Source of the DNA: Desulfobulbus propionicus DSM 2032
Lineage (GTDB): Bacteria; Desulfobacterota; Desulfobulbia; Desulfobulbales; Desulfobulbaceae
Length of the DNA stretch: 32,000 nt
Assembly: GCF_000186885.1 (NCBI RefSeq)
Contig: NC_014972.1
Span: forward strand, 3,810,001 to 3,842,000
Direction: 5' to 3'
Each line of letters starts with the position of its first letter. Positions within the stretch are counted from its first letter, which is position 1. Positions 20,469 to 28,665 of the stretch are shown here, one piece after another. The notes beneath the pieces are model-generated. The model worked only from the letters and a program-made list of their open reading frames with translations, was not told the DNA's origin and did not search any database. The translations under genes were made by a program, and so were the position numbers.

Positions 20469-22295
20469 TCAGCCCCGCCGTTCGCCATCATTCCGTGGCG
20501 CCGCCGGCAGGATGAGGGTGAAGGTCGATCCCTTGCCAAGGCTGCTTTCCACCTCCACCGTGCCGTTGTGGGCCTGGGCGATGTGTTTGGCGATGGCCAA
20601 CCCCAGACCGGTGCCGCCCTGATCGCGGCTTCTTGCCTTGTCGCAGCGGTAGAAACGTTCGAACAACCGCGGCAGATGCTCCTTGGCGATACCCGGACCG
20701 TTATCGATCACGCTGAGGTGGACAAACTCCTCGCCCTGTCTGTTCCGACTGCCCTGGCAACGCAGGGTGATCAGCGAACCCTGGGGGCTGTAGGCAATGG
20801 CATTGCCCAGCAGATTGATCACCGCCTGCTCCAGGAGCGGCTGATTGATCGGCGCATACCACTCCTCGTCGCTCTCCACCTGGATGATAATCCCCTTCTC
20901 GTCGGCCTGCACGGCGCAGGTCTGGAGCGCGCTTTCCAGTACCGGCCCAACCTCGGCCACCGTCAGGCTGATATCCCTGCGCTGCTCCCGGTCCTCGATT
21001 CGTGACAGGGTCAGCAGGTCGTCGACGATGGCATCCAGCCGATTGGCCTGACGGACGACAATGGAGAGAAACCGGCGCGCGTTGTCCTGATCCTCGAGCG
21101 CCCCGTCAAGCAGGGTTTCGACATAGCCCTTGATGGCGGTGATCGGTGTCTTTAGCTCGTGGGAGACGTTGGCCACGAAGTCCTGACGAATGTTTTCCAG
21201 CCGGTTGAGCTTGGTCAGGTCGTTCATCACCAGGAGCACGCCCATGCTCCTGTCATCCTCGTCACGCAGGGGCACGGCGTGGGTATCGAGCAGGATCGGA
21301 TCGGTGCCGTTGAACAGGGTCACCTTCTGTTCCTGGGGGGTGTTGTGCGCAAGGGTGCAATCCACCATTTCCAGCAAATAGGGGTTGCGGATCACCCCCT
21401 GCACCGCCTTGCCCTTGACCCCCTCCGAAGGCAGGCCAAACAGGGCCGCGGCCGCCTGATTCATGCGAATGATCTTCTTGTCGGCATCGATGGCCACCAC
21501 CGCGTCGGCCATGCTGGAAAAAACCGCCTCCAGTTGGTTGCGCTGCTGGATGATGATGCGGATCCGGCGGTTGATCTGCTCGGCCATCTGGTTGATCGAC
21601 CCGGCCAACCCGGCCATCTCCGCCGACATGTGTTCACTGTTGATTTTGACCAGTTGGTCGATCCGCCCCTTGGTCAACTGTTCGGCGCCCCGCTTTATTT
21701 CCTCCAGGGGGCGGCTGATGCGGCGCGCCGAGTAGAGCGAGAGCAGCGCCGCCAGCACGGCCACCGCCAGGCCGATGGCCAGCAGCTTCTTGTGCAGGGT
21801 GGCCAGCATGATCTCCACCGGCGTGATGGCAATGGCCAACCGCAGGGCGCCCCGCAGTTCCTCCTCGCCAAGCCGCACCGGAATGGCGGCATAGAGCATG
21901 GATTCGCCGAGCGTTCGGCTGTGGCGGAGGGAGTAGCCGGTTTCGCCGGCCAGGGCCGGCACCACTTCGGGCCGGGTGGCGTGGTTGTCCATCAGGTTGT
22001 GATCTTCGTTGGAATCGGCCCGCACCAGGCCGTTGTTGGCAATGACCGTGATCCGGGTCGCTGCCCGGCGGCCGGTCTGACGGACAAAATCCTGGAAGGG
22101 TCGGTCTTCCCCCCGGCTGAGGGTGGCGATGGTCGGCTCGATCAGCAGGGCACGTTCACGGATCTCTTCCTTGAGGTGCTCGATGTAGAAGTCACGGCCG
22201 GTGGTGGTCGCCAGCCAGGCGGCCAGCAGCAGGGAGAAGAGGGTGATGCCGACGCAAGCGGGAAAAATCTGCCAGAAAAGACGAATATTACGCAT
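20469..22295 (-). CDS. phoR: Phosphate regulon sensor histidine kinase PhoR-like (TM, HAMP, PAS, HisKA, HATPase)
   Basis: DFVANVSHELKTPITAIKGYVETLLDGAL...INLLGNAIAYSP...FERFYRCDKARSRDQGGTGLGLAIAKHI; adjacent to a PhoB-like regulator. Start chosen at MRNIRLFW. Confidence 0.88.
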   Translation of the reverse strand: MRNIRLFWQIFPACVGITLFSLLLAAWLATTTGRDFYIEHLKEEIRERALLIEPTIATLSRGEDRPFQDFVRQTGRRAATRITVIANNGLVRADSNEDHNLMDNHATRPEVVPALAGETGYSLRHSRTLGESMLYAAIPVRLGEEELRGALRLAIAITPVEIMLATLHKKLLAIGLAVAVLAALLSLYSARRISRPLEEIKRGAEQLTKGRIDQLVKINSEHMSAEMAGLAGSINQMAEQINRRIRIIIQQRNQLEAVFSSMADAVVAIDADKKIIRMNQAAAALFGLPSEGVKGKAVQGVIRNPYLLEMVDCTLAHNTPQEQKVTLFNGTDPILLDTHAVPLRDEDDRSMGVLLVMNDLTKLNRLENIRQDFVANVSHELKTPITAIKGYVETLLDGALEDQDNARRFLSIVVRQANRLDAIVDDLLTLSRIEDREQRRDISLTVAEVGPVLESALQTCAVQADEKGIIIQVESDEEWYAPINQPLLEQAVINLLGNAIAYSPQGSLITLRCQGSRNRQGEEFVHLSVIDNGPGIAKEHLPRLFERFYRCDKARSRDQGGTGLGLAIAKHIAQAHNGTVEVESSLGKGSTFTLILPAAPRNDGERRG

Positions 22296-22385
22296 GGGGT
22301 TCTCGGACCTGGGCAATGGAGTTGCACCCTGAACAGGCAGGGCGGGCTGAATCGAGGCGACGGATGCGGACGGCGAGCAGCCTTG

Positions 22386-23081
22386 TCACTCGCGGATGCG
22401 GTAACCGATGCCGCGGACGGTTTCGATGCAGGTGCCGGCCGACCCCAGTTTCTTGCGCAGACCGAAGATCTGCACGTCCACCGCCCGGGGGGTGATGCTG
22501 TAATCGTAGCCGCGTACCTGATCGATGATCTGCTGGCGGGAAAAGACCCAGCCCGGCCGGCCGGCCAGCAGGGCGAGAATGGTGAACTCCGAGGCGGTGA
22601 GGTGGATCTCCTGGCCATCGACACGAACCTCGTGGCGGCCCGGATGGATATCCATGCCATGGCGGCTGATGAATCCGGCCTGCTCGTCCGCGTCCACGAC
22701 CGGTTCCGGCGTGCGGCGCAGGGCCGCCTCGAGGCGGGCGATCAACACCCGGGGACTGAAGGGTTTGGTGACGTAATCATCGGCCCCGCACTCCAGACCG
22801 CTGACGATGTCGTCCTCCTCGCTCTTGGCGGTGAGCATGATGATCGGCAGTCCCTTGATCGCCTCCTGGCCGCGCACCGCTCGGCAGACCTCGTTGCCGT
22901 CCTTGCCTGGCAGCATCAGATCGAGCACCATGGCGTCGATCGGTTCGCGGGCGAGCAGCTGCAACGCTTCCTCGCCGCTGTCGGCGCAGGTGACGTTGAA
23001 ACCGGCCTTGATCAAGTTGTAGCTGACAAGCTGTTGGATGTCGGCGTCGTCCTCGACAACCAGAATGCTTGGTTTTCTCAC
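22386..23081 (-). CDS. phoB: OmpR/PhoB-family winged-helix response regulator
   Basis: ILVVEDDADIQQLVSYNLIKAGFNV...MVLDLMLPGKDGNEVC...DYVTKPFSPRVLIARLEAALRR...RTVDVQIFGLRKKLG...ETVRGIGYRI. Confidence 0.9.
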   Translation of the reverse strand: MRKPSILVVEDDADIQQLVSYNLIKAGFNVTCADSGEEALQLLAREPIDAMVLDLMLPGKDGNEVCRAVRGQEAIKGLPIIMLTAKSEEDDIVSGLECGADDYVTKPFSPRVLIARLEAALRRTPEPVVDADEQAGFISRHGMDIHPGRHEVRVDGQEIHLTASEFTILALLAGRPGWVFSRQQIIDQVRGYDYSITPRAVDVQIFGLRKKLGSAGTCIETVRGIGYRIRE

Positions 23082-23237
23082 ATGAATCTCCTGTTCGTCA
23101 AAATGGTTTGTCTGGCTGTACTGTTATGCAGCGCCTGCGGGCGTGCAACAAAAAAGCTCGACATTAACGCGATCCTAATTGATCGCTAACCGGGTCATAA
23201 TCCGTGTCCCGTAAACAGCACACTGAGGAACCATTGC

Positions 23238-23945
23238 GTGCACACAACAAGTTTTTCGGGGAGGAACCCTGTGAGTCGACACATGCATTTCCACCGTGAG
23301 ATCGATCAGCTGAAACAGATGATTCTTCAACTGGGCACCCTGGTGGAAGACCGGTTGCGCCGCGCCTGCACCATCCTGGAAACCGGGGACGAGGTTCAGG
23401 CCCAGGCGGTGATCACCGGCGACTGGGAGGTGGACGACATGGAGATCCGGGTGGAGGAGGAGTGCCTGAAAATCCTGGCCCTGCATCAGCCGGTGGCCCG
23501 CGACCTGCGGCTGATCGTCTCGATCATCAAGATCAACAGCGAGCTGGAGCGGATTGCCGATATCGCGGTCAATATCGCCAAGCGGGTGGTAACCATCAAC
23601 CGCAACAGAGCCGACGGCTTTGTCGTGGCCATTGACTATCAGCCCATGGCCACGAAGGCCCTGGAAATGGTCAAGACCAGCCTCGATGCCCTGGTGACCG
23701 AGGATGCGGCCCTGGCCCGGCGGATCTTTCTCATGGACGACGAGGTCAATCGGATGCGCGACGATGCCTACAAGACAGTGATCGGCGAGATCAGCCACCA
23801 TCCCGATCACGCCGCCTGCCTGGTCAACACCTATCTCATCGCCCGTCATCTGGAGCGGATCGGCGACCGGGCCAACAATATCGCCGAAGAGGTGATCTAC
23901 CTTGTCGAGGGCGAGATCGTGCGCAGCAGCGAGGATCCCGCCTGA
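23238..23945 (+). CDS. phoU: Phosphate transport system regulatory protein PhoU (alternative start ATG 23283)
   Basis: HFHREIDQLKQMILQLGTLVEDRLRRACTILETGDEVQAQAVITGDWEVDDMEIRVEEECLKILALHQPVARDLRLIVSIIKINSELERIADIAVNIAKR is a PhoU duplicated motif protein. Confidence 0.93.
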   Translation: MHTTSFSGRNPVSRHMHFHREIDQLKQMILQLGTLVEDRLRRACTILETGDEVQAQAVITGDWEVDDMEIRVEEECLKILALHQPVARDLRLIVSIIKINSELERIADIAVNIAKRVVTINRNRADGFVVAIDYQPMATKALEMVKTSLDALVTEDAALARRIFLMDDEVNRMRDDAYKTVIGEISHHPDHAACLVNTYLIARHLERIGDRANNIAEEVIYLVEGEIVRSSEDPA

Positions 23946-24049
23946 ACAAAGGTGCCCCGCCGTTCCCTGGGGCAGGGGGTCGGCGGATCTCAAACACCTT
24001 CCGCTCCTTCCCATTCCCCGGCCACCCGGTTGCCGCGGCCGGGAGAGCC

Positions 24050-25264
24050 TCATGCCCTCCGGCCCCAGACCATGTACACCGGATCGCTCAGCCACAGTTC
24101 CTGGTGCGGGTCATCCGCCGGCCGGGGGAGGCCGCGCCGTGACAGGGTGGCTAGATCGGTGAAGCCGCCGGTGGCGTGAAAGAGTTCGGCCACCATCCCC
24201 AACCGTTCGAACTCGTGCATCTCCGACCACAGATGGGTCACCTTGGGCGGGAACCACCGGTTGGAAAAGGCAAAGGCCAGCACCCCGCCGGGCGTCACGA
24301 CCCGATGCAGTTCCCGCATCACCGCCAAGGGATCGACCAGATATTCCACCGAGGCCGTACAGATGACCGCGTCGAAACTGGCCGGGGCGAAGGGCAGGGC
24401 CGGCTGGAGGTTGAGATCCTGGACCAGGGTGGCGGTGGCTCGCGGGTTGCGGGCCAGTTCCTCGGCATTCATCCCCAGCACGGTCAAGCCGGCCAGTTCG
24501 AGACTGTCCGGCAGATGCGAGGCCCAGCTGCCCATGAGATCGAGCACCCGGCTGCCGGGACGGATCAGCTCGGCATAGCGGCGGCCGATGGCCGATCGGG
24601 CGGTGCTGTCCAGGTGATGCACCAGTCGCGGCTGGCCATAGAAAAGCGCGTCCGGCTGGGGGTCGTTGCGGCTGAACGGGCCGCCGCTGGTAAAAAAGGC
24701 GGTTGCGCTGCCTGCAGAGCGGGCTTGCATGCCTGGTCCGTCACTGGCGATCCGTTCCAGCCAGTCCTCGCAGCGGCCGCCGCGTTCGTTCTGCTGCTGG
24801 GGGTGGAGGGCGATCACCTCCGCCCGCAGGAGGAGATCGCGGCCCGCCAGCGGGTGGTTGAGGTCGAAGGCCAGGTCCGCGCCGTCAGTGCCGAGAAAAC
24901 GGCAGGGGCTGGTCGACACCTGGTAGACGCCGCCCACCCCCCGAAGCAGGCCCTGGGGGTAGAAGCGTCCCGGCAGCGGCCGCAGGGGAGCGCCTTGGCT
25001 GTTCCGCCCCTGAAACTGGCCGGGCCGGATCAGGAGGCGTTTGCGCGGATCATGGGGAAAGGGCGAGCGGTCGGCGGCAATGGCCACCTCGGCCCGATCG
25101 CCAACGGTCTTGCCCATCAGCTCCCTGGTCAATGACGGGTCAAGGACATCCCGCCAGAAGTTGACGGGATCGGCCCACAGGTACTCCTCGTGCCGGGTGC
25201 GGTCACTGGTCCACTCCAGGGTGAATGCCACCGTGGCCCGACTGGATTCATTGATGCGTTCCAT
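24050..25264 (-). CDS. Fusion protein: N-terminal SlyD-like FKBP-type peptidyl-prolyl isomerase domain plus C-terminal SAM-dependent methyltransferase
   Basis: N-part RFYPQGLLRGVGGVYQVSTSPCRFLGTDGADLAFDLNHPLAGRDLLLRAEV (SlyD/FKBP-type 'DFNHPLAG'). C-part SRVLDLMGSWASHLPDSLELAGLTVLGMNAEELARNP...LPFAPASFDAVICTASVEYLVDPLAVMRELHRVVTPGGVLAFAFSNR (class I MTase). Confidence 0.8.
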   Translation of the reverse strand: MERINESSRATVAFTLEWTSDRTRHEEYLWADPVNFWRDVLDPSLTRELMGKTVGDRAEVAIAADRSPFPHDPRKRLLIRPGQFQGRNSQGAPLRPLPGRFYPQGLLRGVGGVYQVSTSPCRFLGTDGADLAFDLNHPLAGRDLLLRAEVIALHPQQQNERGGRCEDWLERIASDGPGMQARSAGSATAFFTSGGPFSRNDPQPDALFYGQPRLVHHLDSTARSAIGRRYAELIRPGSRVLDLMGSWASHLPDSLELAGLTVLGMNAEELARNPRATATLVQDLNLQPALPFAPASFDAVICTASVEYLVDPLAVMRELHRVVTPGGVLAFAFSNRWFPPKVTHLWSEMHEFERLGMVAELFHATGGFTDLATLSRRGLPRPADDPHQELWLSDPVYMVWGRRA

Positions 25265-25278
25265 GGTTGTACCTCCTG

Positions 25279-26667
25279 TTACAGGGTGCGGGATGCCGGG
25301 AACAGGGATGGCTGTCCCGGTGTCCAGGTGTGGATATAGCGGTTGACATCGAATTTGCGGCGGCAGCCGGCCTCGCTCATGGAGCGGATGGTGCCGAAGA
25401 TCGGCCGCTCGGTCCAGCCCCGGTCATGGACTCCGCCGATCGACCAGGCAATGCCGCTGTAGCCGTTGGTTTCCCGGCCATCAAGGGCATAGCGGTCGTT
25501 GAGCCAGATGGCGATGCGCAGGGCCTCCGCCGGGTCTTCGCTCCATTCGAGGATCTTTTTTGCCCAGTACATGCGCATGTATCCGGCCATCTTGCCGCTG
25601 GCCACCAGCTGGTGCTGGGCCGCGTTCCACAGGGGATCGTGGGTCTGGGCGCGGTCGAACTGCGCATCGTCATACACGTACGGCCGCGGGTCATGGCGGT
25701 GCCGGGCAAGCGTCCGCTGCGCCCATTCGGGAAAGCCGCTGATCTGGTCATAATCCGGCGTGTGCAGACAGAAGTTGTCCGCGAGCTCGCGCCGCACCAC
25801 CAGTTCTTCGATAAAGCTGTCCACGACCTCGCCGTGGAGGCCGCGCCGCCCTATTTCCAGGACGATCGCGTGGGACGAGATCATGCCGAAATGGAGAAAA
25901 GGAGAAAGATTGGAGCAGACCGATTGGTTCGGGTCGTTGCGCTGTCCGTAGCCCGCCAGCCGTTCGCGGAGGAAGGTGTCCAGGGTGTCCCAGGCGGCGG
26001 CTTCACCGGATCGTGGCCAGGACACCGGCTGGACACTGCGGTCCACCCGCAGGCGTGCGCGCAGGGCCGGGAAATCGAGGCTGCCCGGCAGGGTTGGCCA
26101 GGCATGCGGATGCGGTTGCAACGGCGGCACGACGGTGAGAAAATCCTGGAGATGGCGATGAATGCGCGGCCGAAAGGTCTTGGCCATGAATTCCCGGCGG
26201 TCCGAGGCAATCCAGGCGGGCACGATGTTGCGGGAATCGACCTCGTGCACCGGGCAGCGGACGTGGCCGGTCACGGTGCGCAGCCACTGCCGCTTGACCC
26301 GCAGCGGATCGAAATCGGTGGCAACCAGGGCTGGGGTCAACTCGGTGCACAGGCGGACCATTTCTTCTGCCGGGTCACCACTGCGCAGGATCAGGGGGAT
26401 GTTGGCCTCGGCCAGGCTGCGGGCAGTCTCTTCCAAGCCATTGAGGAAAAAATCGTACTGCCGCAGGGTGGCATCGAGAAAGGTCGGCGCCAGACAGAAC
26501 GCCACCGCCAACGGCACCCCCAGGTACCGGGCCTGTTGGGCGGCGTGGAGCAGGGCCCAGTTGTCCCGGCTCCGGAATGCACGGTGCATCCAGTAAAGCA
26601 CGGGGCCTGAAGTGTGGACGGCCCCGCCGTGCATCCGCAACCGCCTGAAATCAATACCAGAGTTCAT
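25279..26667 (-). CDS. phr: Class II CPD photolyase
   Basis: SNLSPFLHFGMISSHAIV...SGKMAGYMRMYWAKKILEWS...LNDRYALDGRETNGYSGIAWSIGGVHDRGWTERPIFGTIRSMSEAGCRRKFDV, characteristic of class II photolyases. Confidence 0.92.
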   Translation of the reverse strand: MNSGIDFRRLRMHGGAVHTSGPVLYWMHRAFRSRDNWALLHAAQQARYLGVPLAVAFCLAPTFLDATLRQYDFFLNGLEETARSLAEANIPLILRSGDPAEEMVRLCTELTPALVATDFDPLRVKRQWLRTVTGHVRCPVHEVDSRNIVPAWIASDRREFMAKTFRPRIHRHLQDFLTVVPPLQPHPHAWPTLPGSLDFPALRARLRVDRSVQPVSWPRSGEAAAWDTLDTFLRERLAGYGQRNDPNQSVCSNLSPFLHFGMISSHAIVLEIGRRGLHGEVVDSFIEELVVRRELADNFCLHTPDYDQISGFPEWAQRTLARHRHDPRPYVYDDAQFDRAQTHDPLWNAAQHQLVASGKMAGYMRMYWAKKILEWSEDPAEALRIAIWLNDRYALDGRETNGYSGIAWSIGGVHDRGWTERPIFGTIRSMSEAGCRRKFDVNRYIHTWTPGQPSLFPASRTL

Positions 26668-26987
26668 GTCGTTTGCCACCTCGCCTGCGCCATCGTCCCC
26701 GGCATCCTGTTCCGGGGAAGAAAAATCCGTGTGAATGGCATCCAGGCTCACCAGGCCAGCGATGCGCCGCCGATCATGCCTGTCCCCGCCATGGGGGAAC
26801 GTGCCATTTTGCCATTTCCAACGCTCAAAATTAACCAGGAAACATTTCTGAACAATGGGAGAAGAATGAGAGATAAATGAGCGTCTCCGCTCTTCCTTGG
26901 GCAGGCGACTGCGAGGAGGTCCTCGGTCGCACTCCGATCATGGCGGCGGAAGAGCTCGCGGACGATCCGCGTTTCTCCTGAGCCCTC

Positions 26988-27013
26988 TTGACGAACCGGA
27001 ATCCCGGTATAAT
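26988..27013 (+). promoter_or_regulatory. Candidate promoter (TTGACG ... TATAAT) with an ACCGG-AATC-CCGGT palindrome in the spacer, upstream of the Do protease gene
   Basis: Exact TATAAT at 27008-27013. TTGACG is only 14 nt upstream, and the 14-nt spacer carries a 5-4-5 palindrome at 26995-27008. Confidence 0.45.
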
Positions 27014-27109
27014 TATCTTGCTCAACGTTGTTGACCGCCCGTTGTTCCGTGTCCGACCGGCATCCGTCCCGGATGGTCCCTTTTCCATAAGCCAATGGAG
27101 CCTCGCATT

Positions 27110-28582
27110 ATGCACACCTTATCGAAACCGCGCACCAAAACGATTCTTGCCTCCTGTCTGCTGTGCCTGACGCTGCTGGCTGGAGGTTTTCATGCTTCCC
27201 ACGCCCAGAGCGAGGAAGACCTGGCCTTGCTGGACCGCAGCGCCAAGGCTTTCTCTTCGGTGGTGAAAAAGGCCGGCCCGGCGGTGGTTCATGTCGGGGT
27301 GGAAAAGGAAACCACCGCCAGGGGCATGGGGCAGTTCCCTTCCGATTTGTTTAACGATCCCTTTTTTGAGCGCTTTTTCGGGCCGCAGTTCCGCCACCCG
27401 CGCACCAACCCCAAGCAGGACAAGCGGACCTTCAAGCAGGAGGCTGCCGGCTCTGGCTTCATCATCGCCAGCGACGGCTACATCCTGACCAACAACCACG
27501 TGGTCGAGGAGGCCAGTAAGATCACTGTCCGCCTGGCCGACCAGCGCGAGTTCCCCGCCAAGGTGGTGGGCACCGATCCTCAGTCGGACGTGGCCATCAT
27601 CAAGATCGACGGCAAGAACCTGCCGGTCCTGCCCCTGGGCAATTCGGACACCCTGGAGGTCGGCGAATGGGTCATAGCCATCGGTAGTCCCTTTGAGCTC
27701 AACCAGACGGTCACCGTTGGCGTGGTCAGCGCCAAGGGCCGCAACCGCATGGGCATCACCGATTACGAGAATTTCATCCAGACCGACGCGGCCATCAACC
27801 CCGGCAATTCGGGTGGGCCGCTGCTCAACATCCACGGCGAGGCCGTGGGCATGAACACCGCAATTTTTTCCCGAAGCGGCGGCTATATGGGCATTGGCTT
27901 CGCTATCCCGATCAACATGGCCAAGAGCATTGAACAGCAGCTGCGCAAGAGCGGCAAGGTCACCCGCGGCTGGTTGGGCATCCTCATTCAGGATGTCAAC
28001 GAGGAGATGGCCAAATCCTTTGGCGGCAAACAGGGCGGCGGCGCCCTGATTTCCGACGTCACCGACGGCTCGCCCGCGCACAAGAACGGCCTGCAGCAGG
28101 GGGACATCATCACCGCCATCAACGGCGAACCGGTGACCGATGTGGCCGACCTGCGCAACAAGATCGCCATGACCCCGCCCAACACCGAGCTGCGGCTGCG
28201 CATCCTGCGCGATGGCCAGGAGAAGGAGCTGACGGTGACCGTGGGCGAGCAGCCCGCCGACATGGCCTCGGTGGCCAAGAAGATGGGCGGTTCGACCTTG
28301 AGCGAACTCGGCCTCTCCCTCCAGGATCTGACCAAGGAGGTGGCCGAGCAGTTCGGTTACAGCAGCAATCAGGGCGTGCTCATCGCCGATGTCGAACAGG
28401 GCAGTGCCGCCGCCGAACTCGGCCTGCAGGCCGGCATGCTGATCGAGGAGGTCAACCGCACCAGGGTCCGCACCCTCAAGGAACTGCAGCAGGCCCTGAA
28501 AAAATCGAGCAATGCCAACCAGGTGCTGTTGCGCATTCGTTCCGGCGAACACAGTCAGTACGTGGTGCTGCAGACCAAATAG
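27110..28582 (+). CDS. degP: Do/DegP-family periplasmic serine protease with two PDZ domains
   Basis: Signal peptide; GSGFIIASDGYILTNNHVV (His), SDVAIIKID (Asp), INPGNSGGPLLN (Ser); two PDZ-like segments (GWLGILIQDV..., SNQGVLIADVEQGSAAAELGLQ). Confidence 0.95.
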   Translation: MHTLSKPRTKTILASCLLCLTLLAGGFHASHAQSEEDLALLDRSAKAFSSVVKKAGPAVVHVGVEKETTARGMGQFPSDLFNDPFFERFFGPQFRHPRTNPKQDKRTFKQEAAGSGFIIASDGYILTNNHVVEEASKITVRLADQREFPAKVVGTDPQSDVAIIKIDGKNLPVLPLGNSDTLEVGEWVIAIGSPFELNQTVTVGVVSAKGRNRMGITDYENFIQTDAAINPGNSGGPLLNIHGEAVGMNTAIFSRSGGYMGIGFAIPINMAKSIEQQLRKSGKVTRGWLGILIQDVNEEMAKSFGGKQGGGALISDVTDGSPAHKNGLQQGDIITAINGEPVTDVADLRNKIAMTPPNTELRLRILRDGQEKELTVTVGEQPADMASVAKKMGGSTLSELGLSLQDLTKEVAEQFGYSSNQGVLIADVEQGSAAAELGLQAGMLIEEVNRTRVRTLKELQQALKKSSNANQVLLRIRSGEHSQYVVLQTK

Positions 28583-28604
28583 GCCTGATCTGCTCTTGCC
28601 GCAC

Positions 28605-28643
28605 ACAGCCGCTGCCGGAACCTCCGGGGCGGCTGTTTTTTTT
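28605..28643 (+). terminator. Intrinsic terminator after the Do protease gene
   Basis: ACAGCCGC ... CCGG-AACCT-CCGG ... GCGGCTGT followed by an 8-T run. Confidence 0.9.
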
Positions 28644-28665
28644 GGGGGGCCGCGAAGGTGATTCG

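Noticed and set aside
25267-26610. Long plus-strand ORF opposite the photolyase
   Set aside because: Mirror-frame artefact; the minus-strand photolyase has clear family motifs.
26748-27095. Minus-strand ORF (115 aa) in the photolyase/Do-protease intergenic region
   Set aside because: No Shine-Dalgarno or family motif that I recognise, and it overlaps the likely promoter region of the protease gene.
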